Below, one piece after another: positions 11,934 through 25,874 of a stretch of DNA of 64,000 nt. The stretch lies in NCBI GenBank assembly GCA_964016885.1, contig OZ024743.1, forward strand, positions 44,702,001-44,766,000, written 5' to 3'. The position numbers and the translations under genes were made by a program. Within the stretch, counting starts at the first letter, position 1; the number at the start of each line of letters is the position of its first letter. The notes under the pieces were generated by a model. That model was given only the letters and a program-made list of their open reading frames with translations. It ran no database searches and was not told the origin of the DNA. The DNA is from Eledone cirrhosa. Lineage: Eukaryota.

Positions 11934-12775
11934 CCGCCTTCACTATACACCAATGTATTTACGGGTCACCTTCACGACCTTTTAGACCTGTATTAGTTGG
12001 AGTGAGGTCATATATTTTGTCGTTCCTGGGGTTTTTAACCCTAGGACAGGAAAATGCTTCTCTGATGATCGTGGCTTTTCCATTAATATCCTGGTGATAT
12101 TTAATGTTTTGCACCGTGAAACTGTACAGTTAGGGCCATTAGAATAGGTAAATATTTATATTATATTTTTTAATTTTGATTAATTTTAATTGTATATTAA
12201 TTTTGATTTATTTTGAAAAATTGGTTGAATTTTACTTGTTCTGCTTATCTTGATATTATGTTCTGGTATATCAAATTATTACCATAGAACCACCTTAAAT
12301 CATAGACACACTATATATTTCCGGGGGTACATTGTACCCTCAGATATATATTAACCTTTTTCAATAATCTCCATATGTAGAGATACAAATTTATCGTTAT
12401 ATTTAGTTACTAAAAATCTTTTTTTAGTGGCGAGCTATAGACGGCGAGTCTACGATTTCCCGCCTTCACTATACACCAATGTATTTACAGGTCACTTTCA
12501 CGACCTTTTAGACCTGTATTAGTTGGAGTGAGGTCATATATTTTGTCGTTCCTGGGTTTTTAACCCTAGGACAGGAAAATGCTTCTCTGATGATCGCTGC
12601 TTTTCCATTAATATCCTGGTGATATTTAATGTTTTGCACCGTGAAACTGTACAGTTAGGGCCATTAGAATAGGTAAATATTTATATTATATTTTTTAATT
12701 TTGATTAATTTTAATTGTATATTAATTTTGATTTATTTTGAAAAATTGGTTGAATTTTACTTGTTCTGCTTATCT

Positions 12776-12780
<5 letters not shown>
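11931..12780 (+). mobile_element. Partial tandem (1.6 x ~525 bp) HHR-bearing non-autonomous PLE/retrozyme-like insert in (TA)n
   Basis: 11931-12255 is repeated at 12457-12780. HHRs at 12058-12135 and 12583-12660 (ttct-CTGATGA-branched helix II-GAAA-ctgtacag-TT-aggg). Confidence 0.78.
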
Positions 12781-12851
<71 letters not shown>

Positions 12852-12854
<3 letters not shown>

Positions 12855-13090
12855 CAGGAAAGAAGGTTTACATGGTTTGCTATACAAAAAAGTGTTTAAT
12901 CACATAGCTTACATTTGTTTCACTGAACTGGTATGTCTAGAGATCGCTATCCGCCTAATTTTGCGTCACTCGATCGCCAATACAGAATTATAACCAGTCA
13001 GATGTTCGGACCATGCGAGAATGAAGAAAATACACAGGCAAGAAAAGAAAAGAAAATATGGAGTAGTTATGGCATTCAATTAGAATAACA
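12852..13090 (-). repeat. pLTR-like fragment homologous to 24678-24920, with degenerate HHR
   Basis: Shares 'aatcaggaaagaag..catggtttgctatacaaaaaa..ctgaactggta.gtctagagatcgcta' with 24681-24860. Core reads CCGAACA. Confidence 0.65.
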
Positions 13091-13294
13091 ACAATTACAA
13101 GAATGCTATCAATAAACTATTTAAGGAGACCCTGACATTATTTAGGTGGGAGGTATATAATGTATCTAATGTTACGGCGTGAAAACCAGCTGTCATAAGG
13201 CAAAAAGTATCGTAGTGTGTATCAATTTTAAATTATAAAGATAAGCTAGTTCTTACAGTCTTTCTCTTCATCTTCAACAGTATACATTGGATTA

Positions 13295-13596
13295 CAGGGA
13301 TTGGACAAAATAATGTAAACACCTTAAAATTTCAAACAAATTTATTTTAATATTGGGTAGGACCGCATTTAGCAGTAATTACAGCTTCAATTCTACGAGG
13401 TATGGACTCGTACAACGTTTGAATTATTTCCAAAGGAATTGTTGTCCATTCTGCAGCTAAAACAGTCTCCAGTTCTTGTAGTGATGATGGTAGAGGATAT
13501 CGACTCCTTACTTGTTTGTCTAAAATGCACCATAAATGTTCAATAATATTGAGATCTGGGGACTGTGGTGGCCAGATAAGATGTTCAACTTCACTA
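13295..13596 (-). mobile_element. Tc1-like transposon 3' end (TIR + transposase C-terminus)
   Basis: TA|CAGGGATTGGACAAAATAATG terminus. Translation [15 protein letters not shown]...LYESIPRRIEAVITAKCGPTQY*. Confidence 0.85.
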
Positions 13597-14804
13597 GAAT
13601 ATATATATATGCGTGTGTGCGGGTGTGTGTGTGTGGGTTTATGCGAGTGTGTGCGTGTATGAACGACGAAGACAGAGGGAGAGAGGGGCTGTGATGATAA
13701 TAAACAAGCTGCCAAGCTAGATTTCAACGTATTCGTAGGTTTCTTTCTCAAAACTGAAATTGACAATAGGCTTAAATTTGATTAAATCTGTTTCTCTGTG
13801 TGTATTAGATACTTCATCAACAAGATGACAATGGCGCACATTCTGATATAGACAGACATCAAAATTGTCAACAGTGAAGTGTCACATCTAACAATGCCCA
13901 TTGAGGTTACCCGTTTGCCGGTAGATTATATCACTAAAACTACCGCAGTAGTGACACATGCTTGCGCCCCCCCCCCCCCCACTCACCCAGTCACACACTG
14001 TATGAACATCAGTTGTTTTACAGAGCAGTTAAATAAATAAATTATCAAAGTTGTGTTCAAATCATTTAATAGCTGACAATTGTTTCTTCCAAACTCTCGT
14101 TTGGAGTCACCGGAGCATTATCAATGTTTGCACACATAATTACCCTCCTATTCTACCGAACAATAATATAGATACATTTAAATTGATGTTGTGAGCAACA
14201 GTTTCGTATTTACAGGGTGGAATTACGAGAATTGTACAATAATTGTACAAACATTCAAGTTCAAATTCAAATCAAAATTAAAATTAAAATCAAAATGAAT
14301 GTTTCAAGGTATTAAAGTGTGTTTCTCTTACTGGTAATAAGGTAATTAAGAAATTACTGACCTTCCTGTTTATAGTTGTTTATACTATATATGTAACTAT
14401 AAATAGTATTATTATTATATATATTTATATATATATATCCAAGAATTTCTAAAGAATAGATCAAGGAATAAAAACGTTTTATGTAATGTGCAGAACTAAA
14501 ATATATCATATGAGTATTATCTCAACAGAAATTAATTCTACCTAAATTATACACAAATGATGCATATAACATTACCTATACTGCACTAGATTTTAATATA
14601 GACTAAACGCCAAGTTTATATATAGACACAAATATATACACATAGAGAACAAACAGACCATAATAATAATGTAGCAATTACAATTATAATTACCAAATTA
14701 TCATTGAAAAGGCTTGGTGTACAGACAACCCGAAACCGTTTGCCACTGGGGTCCTACTATTTTACATATATATGTGTGTATGCATATGTATCTATCTATC
14801 GATA

Positions 14805-14839
<35 letters not shown>

Positions 14840-17255
14840 TCCACAATTCGGTCTTTGCAAGACAAAGATGGACGCATTATAATTGAATCCAAGCAGATGT
14901 GCGCGGCCTTCCAGCAGCATTTTGCACAACTGTTCGTGAAAAGCGGTACATCGAGCGAGGTGATGGACTTCAGCTTCTACCTCGACGGCGTACCGCGACT
15001 CTCGAGCACGGATGCGGAGAGGTGCGAAAGGCCGACCACAGCGGGCGAAATAGAAGATGCCCTAGGCCGTTGCGGGAAACGCAAATCACCCGGTTTTGAT
15101 GGTCTACCCTATGAGTTTTACATAGGCTTGCCAGACTTGTTCTCTGGCGTCCTCAAAGCGGTCTCCTGCAACTGGCAGCAGAACAGGAGGATTCCCAGGT
15201 CTGTACGCAGAGGCGTAGACACGCTGATCAGGAAAGATGAGAACAAGGGGGATGTGATAAGCAATTTCAGGCCCATAACTCTGCTCAACACAGATTTAAA
15301 GATTTTGGACAAGGTGTTAGCAGCAAGGCTGGCGCTTGTCGTTGAGAACCTGGTAGGGGAAGCCCAAACGATAACCCCCACCTTATGCGATACATCATAG
15401 AGAGGGTAGGGTGTAAACCTAGCTTTGGTGGGGCTCTGATCAATTTAGATCAGTCTAAGGCATTTGATAGGGTCGACCATCAATACTTGGAAGCAGTTCT
15501 CAAGGCGGCCTGCTTCGGTCCCGTCTTCAGAGGCTGGATCGCTGCCATGCACACCATCATCTGCTCGGCAGTCAAGGTGAATGACTACCTATCAGAACCA
15601 TTCAAAATCATGCGTTCCATCCGTCAGGTATGCCCTCTCTCCTCCATTCTGTATGTCCTGACGCTCGAGCCGTTACTGCGGAAATTGGAGCTGTTGCAGG
15701 GCATCCCGATCGAAAGCAGCGTCAGCCTATGCCGACAACATAACTGTAATGGTCTCGAAAACCTCGGAAATCAGGGTAATCGGCAACCTATTACAGGAAT
15801 ACGAAACGTTGACAGGAGCAAGACTAAACCCAAACAAGTCTGTCGGTTTGTAACTCGACACATGGAGAGGTAAACCCATGCCTTCCGACACTGTCGCTGG
15901 ACGCTGGACGGAAGGACCGGTGAAAATGCTTGGCGTCTGGTTCGGTCCAGAACTCCAGGTGGACAAGAACTGTAACGAAGTCACGGCGAAGGTGTTTTCA
16001 CTCATCCAGAAGTGGGCTGAGTGCAAACTCTCCTTGAAAGGTCAAGCATAGGTGGCCAAGACTTACATAGCGTCCGTCATCTACTACTGCTTGACAGTCG
16101 TGCCTTGCCCCCGCGAATACCTTACTAAAATGGAACGCCTACTCTTCAAGTTCCTCTGGAAGAAACAGGCTCCATTGGTGAGGAGATCCATCTGCTGTCA
16201 ACACACTTCTAACGGAGGTCTGGGTATGCCGTGGCTGATGATGCGCTAACATGCGCTGAGGCTACGCCATCTCCAGGTATTCCTGACCTCGACTGCCTAC
16301 AGGCGCTCACAGCCCTCTACCAAGCGGAAACGGCAATCAGCGGAGACTCCACTTCGACATTCTATAGGAGATTAGTGGAGGATAAGTGCGACGACATTCT
16401 CGGAGAAACTCTAGGCATCGAGGAGGACGAACTGACCAGTCTATTCGGGAGGACTTTCCGTCCAGGGCCTATGGATAACTTCCAGAAGTCTCTGGCCTGG
16501 CAGTGCTACCGAGGAGCTCTACCAGTTCGAAACAAAATCTACAGGCACGGACGCCCTGGCAGAGATACTGCCAAAAGGACCTGTCAATAATGCGAACAGG
16601 ACATCGAAACCGTTCTGCACACAATTGTTCAGTGCCCAGGGGTGACCGACCTGTGGAATTATGTCGAACAGCTGCTGTCACGTGTGGGACGCATCCAGTT
16701 GTCAGTCGAGTCCATCGTGAGTATCACCCCGCCGCCTTCATTTAAAAACGAAGGAGAGGCGGTTTTCCTCTGTCTGGTGGCTATGGCGAAAGAGGTAATA
16801 TGGTGGACGCGGTTAAAAGGACTGAGGGCAAACACCTTTCTGTCCGGACAACAACTTATCCCCTTCTTTAAGTATCACTTCAGAAGGAAGGTGAGACTGG
16901 AGAGAGAGGTGCTACACCCAAATAAATTCGCTGAAAGGTGGTTGAATGTGGCAAAAATGGCCCGAGTGAATGGGCCTTCTCTGTATATAAGCCTGTAGGT
17001 TCAGGAAGATCAACAGAGGGAAGACAGGAACACCTACAAAACGTGTTCCTGGTGTTGAGGGTTGTTCTATCCACGGGGTGTAAAACAACCCTGCAGTAAC
17101 GTTCCCCCTTACTGGGGATTTCAATTATTATTTTATTATATATAGTTTAATGTTATTTATTAATGTTAAAGTTATTTTTATGTAAAACCCCTGGCATCAC
17201 GTCTTCTAATGTCCCATTTTTGTACGCCCCTGTGGCAAATAAAGAAAGATATCTA
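14840..17255 (+). mobile_element. 5'-truncated, degenerate L1/Tx1-clade LINE (ORF2 RT + C-terminal zinc knuckle)
   Basis: KSPGFDGLPYEFY, NFRPITLLNTDLKIL, LDQSKAFDRVDH, RQVCPLS, YADN, GGLG, CxxC..HxxxxC remnant, broken by frameshifts and stops. AATAAA at ~17238. Lies between (CTAT)n and (TACA)n. Confidence 0.88.
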
Positions 17256-17534
17256 TACATACATACATACATACATACACACCTACATACATACATACAT
17301 ACATATATACATACATACACACCTGCATACATACGTACGTATGTACATATATACATACACACACTCACCTACATTCATACATATATACATACACACACAA
17401 CTGCATATATACATACATATATATATACAAATATACATACACACACACCTACATGAATACATAGATACATATATACATACACACACACCTATATACATAC
17501 ATATATATATACATACACACATACACCTACATAC

Positions 17535-17565
<31 letters not shown>

Positions 17566-18589
17566 CATACATACATACATACATACATACATACATACAT
17601 ACATACATACATACCTATACATATACATATTAACAGTTTGAAAGAAGATACCTGACGGCCCAGTACAATGGACATTTTTCATCGATCGATTTATTCCAAT
17701 AAATATAACGATTACTTGGCGCTTCTTCCGTAAGTCCGTTCAAATCTTTCTTTATCTTAAATATCTGGAAGATTATATTTCAGTCAATGGCTAACTCTTT
17801 TCTGATATCTTCTTACTTCGTCTGTTACTATTAGCCATGCTCCACTCCAGAGAGATAGAGAGTCAGAGAGAGGCAGTGTGAGAGAGAGAGAAAGATTTAC
17901 CTGAGTTTGAATTGTATTACAAATGAATTAGTCCTCGACATGAAAAAATAGATGTAATTTATATATTTTTATACATGCTAATAGCAATCGATTGCAAAAG
18001 GCTGCGAGTTTCAAAGACATGTTTGACAAATGATTAAACTAGCTATGTAATTCGAACGATTATCTATTTATTAATTTCAAGAACGTCATTATTCCGTGTG
18101 TCATAATTCTCGATTTTCATTGGTTCATAAGTTTCAAACGATTCCGCCCATCTCAACGACGGCAAACTGAAATTAATATGCATAATGCCAATGAGGGAGT
18201 GAGAGGGGTGAGTATGAACGCTGTGTTCAATAACTATTAACATGTGTGCGTGTGTATGTACTTGCGCGTATGTTTATGTGTGTGTGCGTGCGTGCAGCGT
18301 CCCACAGAAAGTAAAAACTATCAGCATGTGTGAGTGTGTGCGTGTGTAAGTTTGGGTGCGTGTGCACGTTGCCATGCGTGTATGTGTGTGGCGTTCCACA
18401 ATCGCCACGCAGTTTATCTGTCTGTGTGCTTGTCTGTCGGTCTAACATACACAGAGTTGTGAAGGAAGTAACTAGGGACCTTTCTTTACATTGCCGGATA
18501 TCTTTTATATTTATTATCGTATCATTTTTTGACAATTGGTCGAAATGAATACTGACAATAAAAGCAATTCGACTTATCAAACAGTGAAT

Positions 18590-21500
18590 TACAGCGGCGA
18601 CGGCGTGCAGCCAGCAAGGAAGAAAAACGGGCCGAACAGCGCCATCGGGACGCCGAACTTCAGAGGCGAAGACGTGCCGCCATGAATGAAGAGGAGCTGG
18701 CTGAACAGCGCCAGCACACTACAGAAGTTCAGCGAATGTGTCGCCAAAGTGCTCCTCATTCCAGTAAAGAGGCCAGAAGGCGAACGAATGATATTAAAAA
18801 TGGATCATGGCAACCGTGTCATTTTCAGATTGGTCGACGAGCAGAGTGTCCACATTGTGGAACATTGCTTTGGAGACACGAAAAGACGTGGACCACAATG
18901 TGCTGGGAAACTTGAACGGCAAAGGTTAAGTGATTTGATCCGTGATTTGCAATCATGGCTTAGAGAGTGTCATCCTTATGTTATGGATTTCATGTTGGTG
19001 GCTGAACTGCAAAATGTTCAGCAGCAAACATTGGTGATTAAGGCTGACGCAGTGCCAAGGAATCAACACGAACGGCGATATAATGCCCCTGAAGGATTTC
19101 GTGAAGTTGCTGTGCTGATGGACGATAAGCCTGGATCGAGAGATATCGTCCTCAATCGCAGAGATGGTGGCTTCAAGACTATCAATGAGTGAAATAGGGC
19201 ATACGATCCATTGCATTATGTTCTTTTATTCCCAAAAGGTGAAAATGGATGGAACATGTCTGTTCATTTAGATGATCATGAGAATCAGCATCAAAATGGA
19301 GCTGGCAATAGACACAATAATTCGATTCGCGACTTTTACGCGTTCCATTTGAACGAGAGGAATCAACAGAGAAATGCACTATTTCAAGCCAGCAGATTGT
19401 TCCAGGAATACTGTTGTATGGCATTCGCAAATATCGAAAATCAAAGGCTAAATTATATAGCTACACATCAGCAACATATCAGAGCTGAATTGTGTAATAA
19501 TATACAGGATGCGATAACAGTCGATGATGCCAATTACAAGAAAATTGGTCGCCGCATCATTTTGCCATCGTCGTTCATCGGCGGCCCGAGATATATGAAC
19601 ATTAGCTATCAGGATGCAATGGCTATTGTCAGAAAGTTTGGAAAGCCAGATTTGTTTATAACGGTTACATGCAATCCTGAATGGACTGATATTAACGATG
19701 CAATTTTGCCAGGACAACAGCCAAAGGACCGTCCTGATACTGTGGCAAGAGTATTCAAAGGATAACTGAAAAAGATAATGGATTATGTGGAAAAAGAGGG
19801 AATCTTTGGAGGTATAGTTACTTTTACGTACGTAATTAAATTCCAAAAAAGAGGATTGCCACATTCATATTTGCTGATCGTTTTACATTGAGATTGCAAA
19901 TTGAGATGTGCTGAGGATGTCGACAGCATTGTGTGTGCTGAAATACCGGAGAATGAGGCACTACGCAACTTGGTGGCCAAACAATGGTGCACAAGCAATA
20001 CGGAGTGGCAAATCGGAAAGCGCCTTGCATGAAAAATGGCCAATGCAGTAAGCACTTTCCGAAATCTTTTGTCACGAACACTTCCTGGAATAATGGGGAT
20101 GCTCATCCCTCATTCAGAAGACGGTCGCCTGCCGATGGCGGTTTGGTCGAAAATGTAAACGGTCGACAGGTTACAAATCAATGGGTTGTGCCATACAATC
20201 CATATTTGATTATGAAATATCGTTGTCATATTAATGTGGAAATTTGTAGCTCAGTGAAAGCTTGCAAATATCTATTCAAATATGTTTACAAAGGTCATGA
20301 TCGGGCAATGATCAATGTCAGGGATGAGGAAGCGAACCAAGGAGATGAAGTTGGCAGGTTCCATGATGTTTGCTCGATTGGATCTAGCGAAGCTTGCTGG
20401 AGATTGTTCGATTTTCATCTCAATGAACGCAAACCCAGCGTTCAGAAACTGACGGTTCACTCAGAGAATAGGCAAATGGTCTGTTTTCAGGACACTAGAA
20501 GAGGTGTCGAAAGAATTGCTAACGCACCACCTCCTAAGACGGAATTGACTGAGTGGTTCAAGCATAATAGGGAACATGATTTGAACCCGGATCAAAGGCA
20601 ACTCTACTGCGAATTCCCTTCGCACTATACGTGGGATAAGAAGGTAAAGAAATGGAATGATAGAAAACAAAAGTTGAGATTCGTGACTATTGGGCGGGTT
20701 TGTAATGTCCATCTAGCATCTGGTGATGTGTTTTATCTCCGAATTCTGTTGCATAGTGATTTTTCGAGAGGTAAACAGAGCTTCGCTGATTTGAAAACAA
20801 TCAATGGCGTGGAATCTGAAACTTACCAAGCTGTGTGTCAACATCTGGGACTCCTTCAGGATGACGCTGAATGGAATAACGCCATGTAAGCTGCAGGAAC
20901 AACACAGATGCCAGCTCAAATAAGGCAGTTGTTTGTCACGATTCTAGGATTCTGCAATCCTTCCGATCCAAGAGAGTTATTTGAACGCCATTGGGGAATT
21001 ATGGCTGAGGATTTTAGGCATCATCTTCAGGTCGATGTTGAAAATTTGATGAAGGCTATTGTTTTGCTCAATATTGAGCAACTGCTTGAAGTTCATTTGA
21101 AATGTTTAAGAGATTTCAATTTGCCAATTCCTGATGTAGAAATGCGGCAACGTGTCTTAGCATTGACCATGAGATTAGAGCTTAGACGGTTGCCACTCGA
21201 TCTGAGGGAACTATTCCAGTTTGATCCACTGGAACAGCAACGTATTGTGGATGAATGTATGGCAATGTTGACCCAATCTCAGAGAGAATTGGTCGATGGC
21301 ATTCTCCACTCGATTTCCATAATGAGCAGCTTTGTGCTTTCATAGATGCTCCAGGAGGCACCGGAAAGACAATCTATTTCAACACTATGTTATCAGCAGT
21401 AAGAGCTCAGAGGAAGATTGCTCTCCCTGTGGCCACCAGTGAGATCGCTGCCACTTTGCTGAGTGGTGGAATGACCTTCCACTCATGCTTCAAGGCTCCA

Positions 21501-22696
21501 TTGGCTCCGGATGAGTTGAGTGTCTGTAACATTATAGGACAAAGTGAACTCGCGGGCCTTATACGCAATACGTCTCTGATTATTTGGGACGAGGTTCCAA
21601 TGGCACACGGATATTTGCTGGAGGCATTGGACAGAACTTTGAGAGATATCTGCGGTAGTGACCTGCCATTCGGTGGTAAGACTATCGTTCTTGGTGGCGA
21701 TTTCAGACAGGTGATAATCAGACTGTAAGAATCCCAGACGATTTGGTCATGCCACAGGACCGCCAAGCATTGATTGACTGGGAGTTCCCTAATTTGAATG
21801 CTTTTTGGCAGAATATCTCCTGGATATCGGAACGCGTTATTCTAACTCATACGAATGCAACGGTCGATGAAATAAATTCACAAGTAGCCGGGATGTTTCC
21901 TGGAGAGGAATGGTTGACCGTCAGTGCGGATGCAATGGAGCCTAATCAGCAGAACAATATGGATGTTCCGACTGAGTATCTGAATTCACTTCAAATACCT
22001 GGATTCCCCCCACATATTTTGAGGTTGAAAAAGGGTATGCCGATTATATTGCTTAGAAATATCAATCATAAAATGGGTCTTTGCAATCGTACCAGTTTGA
22101 TTGTTGAGAGATTGATTAACGGAAGAGTTTTAGAAGCTAAACTCCCAGGCAAAGAGGAATCGGTTCTCATTCCGAGGATCATGCTGAGACCAAGAGAAAA
22201 TCTGCTGCTATTCATTTGGCAAAGGACACAGTTTCCCCGCAATTTGGCCTTCTCCATGACTGTCAACAAGGCACAGGGACAGACTTTCAAGCGAGTCGGT
22301 GTCTACTTGAATGATCCAGCATTCAGCCATGGGCAAATGTATGTTGCTGCATCTCGAGTTTGCGATTCTGATGGTATAAAATTTGCAATTGATACCACTA
22401 ACTGAGGAACAACCCTGAATATAATGAAGCTTTGAGCTGATGTATGCATATCTTTAATGCTATCAATAAGCGAGGTAAATGATTCGGACATTGGTGTCCT
22501 TTCATCAGTATTGTGAGCTTTGACAGAGTTATCATTTATGTTCAATGTCATTTATTGTCGATAATGACCAATAAAAACCAACAAGTATTGGTAGAAATTG
22601 CCTTCAAATTTATCGCTTCGGATTGCAGTGGTAATAAAACCTCATCATATGCTGAGTCTGGCAAAAAGTTTGGTGCCTATGGCCGGCCAGGGCTAG
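18590..22696 (+). mobile_element. Degenerate Helitron (Rep/Pif1-helicase pseudogene)
   Basis: Zn-finger CPHC..MC; Rep motifs GKPDLFITVTCNPEW, FQKRGLPH, KYLFKYVYKG; helicase motifs APGGTGKT, IIWDE, GGDFRQ, TVNKAQGQT, HGQMYVAASRV. Multiple stops, frameshifts and deletions. Candidate 3' palindrome TGGCCGGCCA + CTAG at 22693-22696; 5' end not located. Confidence 0.9.
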
Positions 22697-23005
22697 AGTA
22701 ATATTGAAAAACGATTCTATTTTCGAAGTAGAATGATCCGCCATTTGGAGTTCAAACCAGGCCACCTCTCCGAGTTGAACTCTGGGCACTATTGACTGTC
22801 TATTACTCAGTAGCTAAGAGCCTGAAAATAACTGAATAAATTGTTGTGTCATATAATTTGTTGTTTTATTATTATAGCTGACCACTTATAGATAAGCATG
22901 TTATCAATATCCATATTAATTTGCCATTTGTATAAACCATTTCAAGTAAATAGGCACCTTTTTTACATTCACGGACATATTCTATATTAATTATCTATAT
23001 CTATA

Positions 23006-23356
23006 TCTACATATAATATAAAAGATTGGAACTTCCATCATCCTTTTGAGAAACGTGGAACAACCACGTATATGCAATGATACACGTTTTACAGTCAGGC
23101 AGAAGATGAACCATCTCCTAGAGGTCACTATTCTAGGTGGGAGCACCTAGAATTGTTCATATACTATGCACAAGCCGTACAACGAAGAATCTGGTATATC
23201 TGGAATGTTTCTTTTACTGTTTTTTGTATCACACAGACAACACGGAATCGCCTCATACTGTAACCAGACAAACATCCAATACAGTCATTTTCTCTTTTAC
23301 CTGTCTGTCTTCTCTTATCATCTGTTTACCCGGGCGAAGCTGGGTACGTCAGCTAG
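23006..23356 (+). mobile_element. Non-autonomous mini-Helitron
   Basis: 5' A|TCTACATATAATATAAAAG; 3' hairpin TACCCGG-GCGAAG-CTGGGTA, then CTAG|T. Internal remnant SRVGAPRIVHILCTSRTTKNLVYLE resembles a Helitron helicase C-terminus. Confidence 0.72.
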
Positions 23357-23764
23357 TACTAGCTATGCAAACATAGATGTGACCTATATATTTTGATAAA
23401 TGGCGTTGGTAATACATTGAAAAAGACTGCCACTTTCACTGAAAATAAGACACAGATATATATGATAATGGAGATACAATGCTTTTGGAAATTTATTGAA
23501 AGTAATATTATTCGACAATTACTTACAACTTATTTTGTATGTTTGTGCAAATCGTTTTTAATCTTAAATATCTGGAAGATCAAATTTCAGTTGATAGCTA
23601 CAAATACATCTTATCTGATCTCTCACTTCGTTTGCTATCGTTATTCAGGTCACACTCAACTACAGACACACAAATACACGAATACACACACACGCAGACA
23701 CGCACACACAGACACACACACACACATACACACACATACACAAACACATATATATATATATTCT

Positions 23765-23826
<62 letters not shown>

Positions 23827-24109
23827 AGAATAGAAATGGCTGTGTAGTTGCTATTTAAGTTAGCTTAAAATGGAGTGAGAATAAGAAACCAAGAACGGGG
23901 AGTTTTCCTCATCAGTTGTCTACTGGCGGTGTCGGATATTTCTACGCTTTAAAGACAATATAGCTACCACCCAGAGCGTCAATAACTGGATAAGTTATTC
24001 GGAAAACGGAGGAGGGAAGGAAGGAAGACAAAGGCGAAGAAAAGGGAAAACTGAAAAAACAGGGAAAAAAACAGTGATATATATATAGATATATGTATAG
24101 ATATATGTG

Positions 24110-24174
<65 letters not shown>

Positions 24175-24176
<2 letters not shown>

Positions 24177-24321
24177 GTGGTTACACAACAGTTAGTTCAC
24201 CATGCCGAGAACAATTGTTTCACCTTAGCGGATCGTCAGCTCGTAATGATTATGAGCTGAGGATCCGCTAAGGTGAAACAATTGTTCTCGGTATGGTAAA
24301 CTAACTGTTGTGTAACCACTT
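24175..24321. repeat. Fold-back palindrome with a minimal HHR on each strand
   Basis: + strand 24254-24289: gag-CTGAGGA-tcc gctaa ggt-GAAAC aatt GTT-ctc. - strand 24207-24242 has CTGACGA. Lies in (TA)n. Confidence 0.82.
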
Positions 24322-24385
24322 ATACCTAACTCCTCCCATGGACTGAGTGCTCTACCACTACGAATATTACTTTCCAGTGTTCTAC

Positions 24386-24432
<47 letters not shown>

Positions 24433-24677
24433 TATATATATATATATATATACATATACATGTATATGTTAGTATGTATATATGTTTATATGTATATATA
24501 TATATATATACGGGGTAACAAATAATAGTTATATGCAGTCCACTTAGGTGTAGCCCAGTTATGGTATTGCGGGTAGTGGATGATATCAACGCTAGGCTTG
24601 GTTTGACTCAACAAGGCGTTTTCATAGTGATGTTGCGAGTATGCTGTAATTCCTATGTTGTAAACACTTGGAGTAAT

Positions 24678-25032
24678 AATAAATCAGGAAAGAAGATTGA
24701 CATGGTTTGCTATACAAAAAAGGTTTTTAATCTCATTGCTGACAATTGTTTCTCTGAACTGGTAGGTCTAGAGATCGCTATTCGCTTGTTTTCACGTTAC
24801 TCGATCGCCAATACAAAATTATAACCAGTCAGTTCTTCGGAGCATGCGAGAATGAAGAGAATATACAGGCATGAAAGGAATATACAGGCTACTATAAGAA
24901 GTAGTAATGGCATTCAGTTAAAACAAGCGAATAGCGATCTCTAGACCTACCAGTTCAGAGAAACAGTTGTCAGCAATGAGATTAAAAACCTTTTTTGTAT
25001 AGCAAACCATGTCAATCTTCTTTCCTGATTTA
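24678..25032. repeat. Fold-back insert (~115-bp inverted arms) with HHR on the - strand at 24737-24844
   Basis: 24678-24792 is the inverse of 24919-25032. Reverse complement: tgct-CCGAAGA-a ctgactggt...accagttcag a-GAAAC aatt GTC-agca. Confidence 0.78.
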
Positions 25033-25107
25033 TGTATATATTCTCTTTTACCTGTTTCAGCCATCCGGCTGAGGCCATGCTGGGATATATATATATATAT
25101 ATATATA

Positions 25108-25874
25108 TGAAAGATGTAAAATAAGAAAATTTAAAAAATTAAAAATTAACTTACTTACTAACATTTTCACTCCAACTAATTAGTTTCTGTAATGGGATAA
25201 ATATAGTTACACAATGTAACTATCGAGAATTCATTACGTCATCAGGGAGTCTATTCTCAGCTAAGTTCCCAGGCAATGCGCGGACACTAGGAACCCATAT
25301 AAAAATAATAATTCGGTGGATGTAATAAGCTAGCGGGGACTAAATTCCATAGCACTGAAAAAGTTCACTGCCTCTGGTCAGTGGTGGATTCTAAAGAATC
25401 AATCACGTGACACTGAGGTTAGTCAGTTAGGAGTGGGATGGTATTATGACAAGAGCCTACTACTACTACTATGAATTAGCATTAGATTTGGCAAGTTTGC
25501 TCAACAAATAATTTGGAGATAAATATAGAGAATTAATACATCTACCAACATATGCGTACAGATGTACACTAATACTAGTAAATATATAAGTTATGTCAAA
25601 GTACCTAGGTGGTTCAATGCAGGGGGATGCAGAACAATTATGTGAAAGACGTAAAATACATTGTGTAACTATATTTATCCCATTACAGAAACTAATTAGT
25701 TGGATTGAAAATTTTAGTAAGTTAATTTTTAAATTTTAAAATGTTCTTATTTTACGTCTTTCATATAATTGTTCTGCATCCCCCTGCATTGAACCACCTA
25801 GGTACTTTGACATAACTTATATATTTACTAGTATTAGTGTACATCTGTACGCATATGTTGGTAGATGTATTAAT

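Noticed and set aside
23895-23920. CTGATGA-gga aaac tcc on the - strand as an HHR
   Set aside because: No GAAA or helix III follows.
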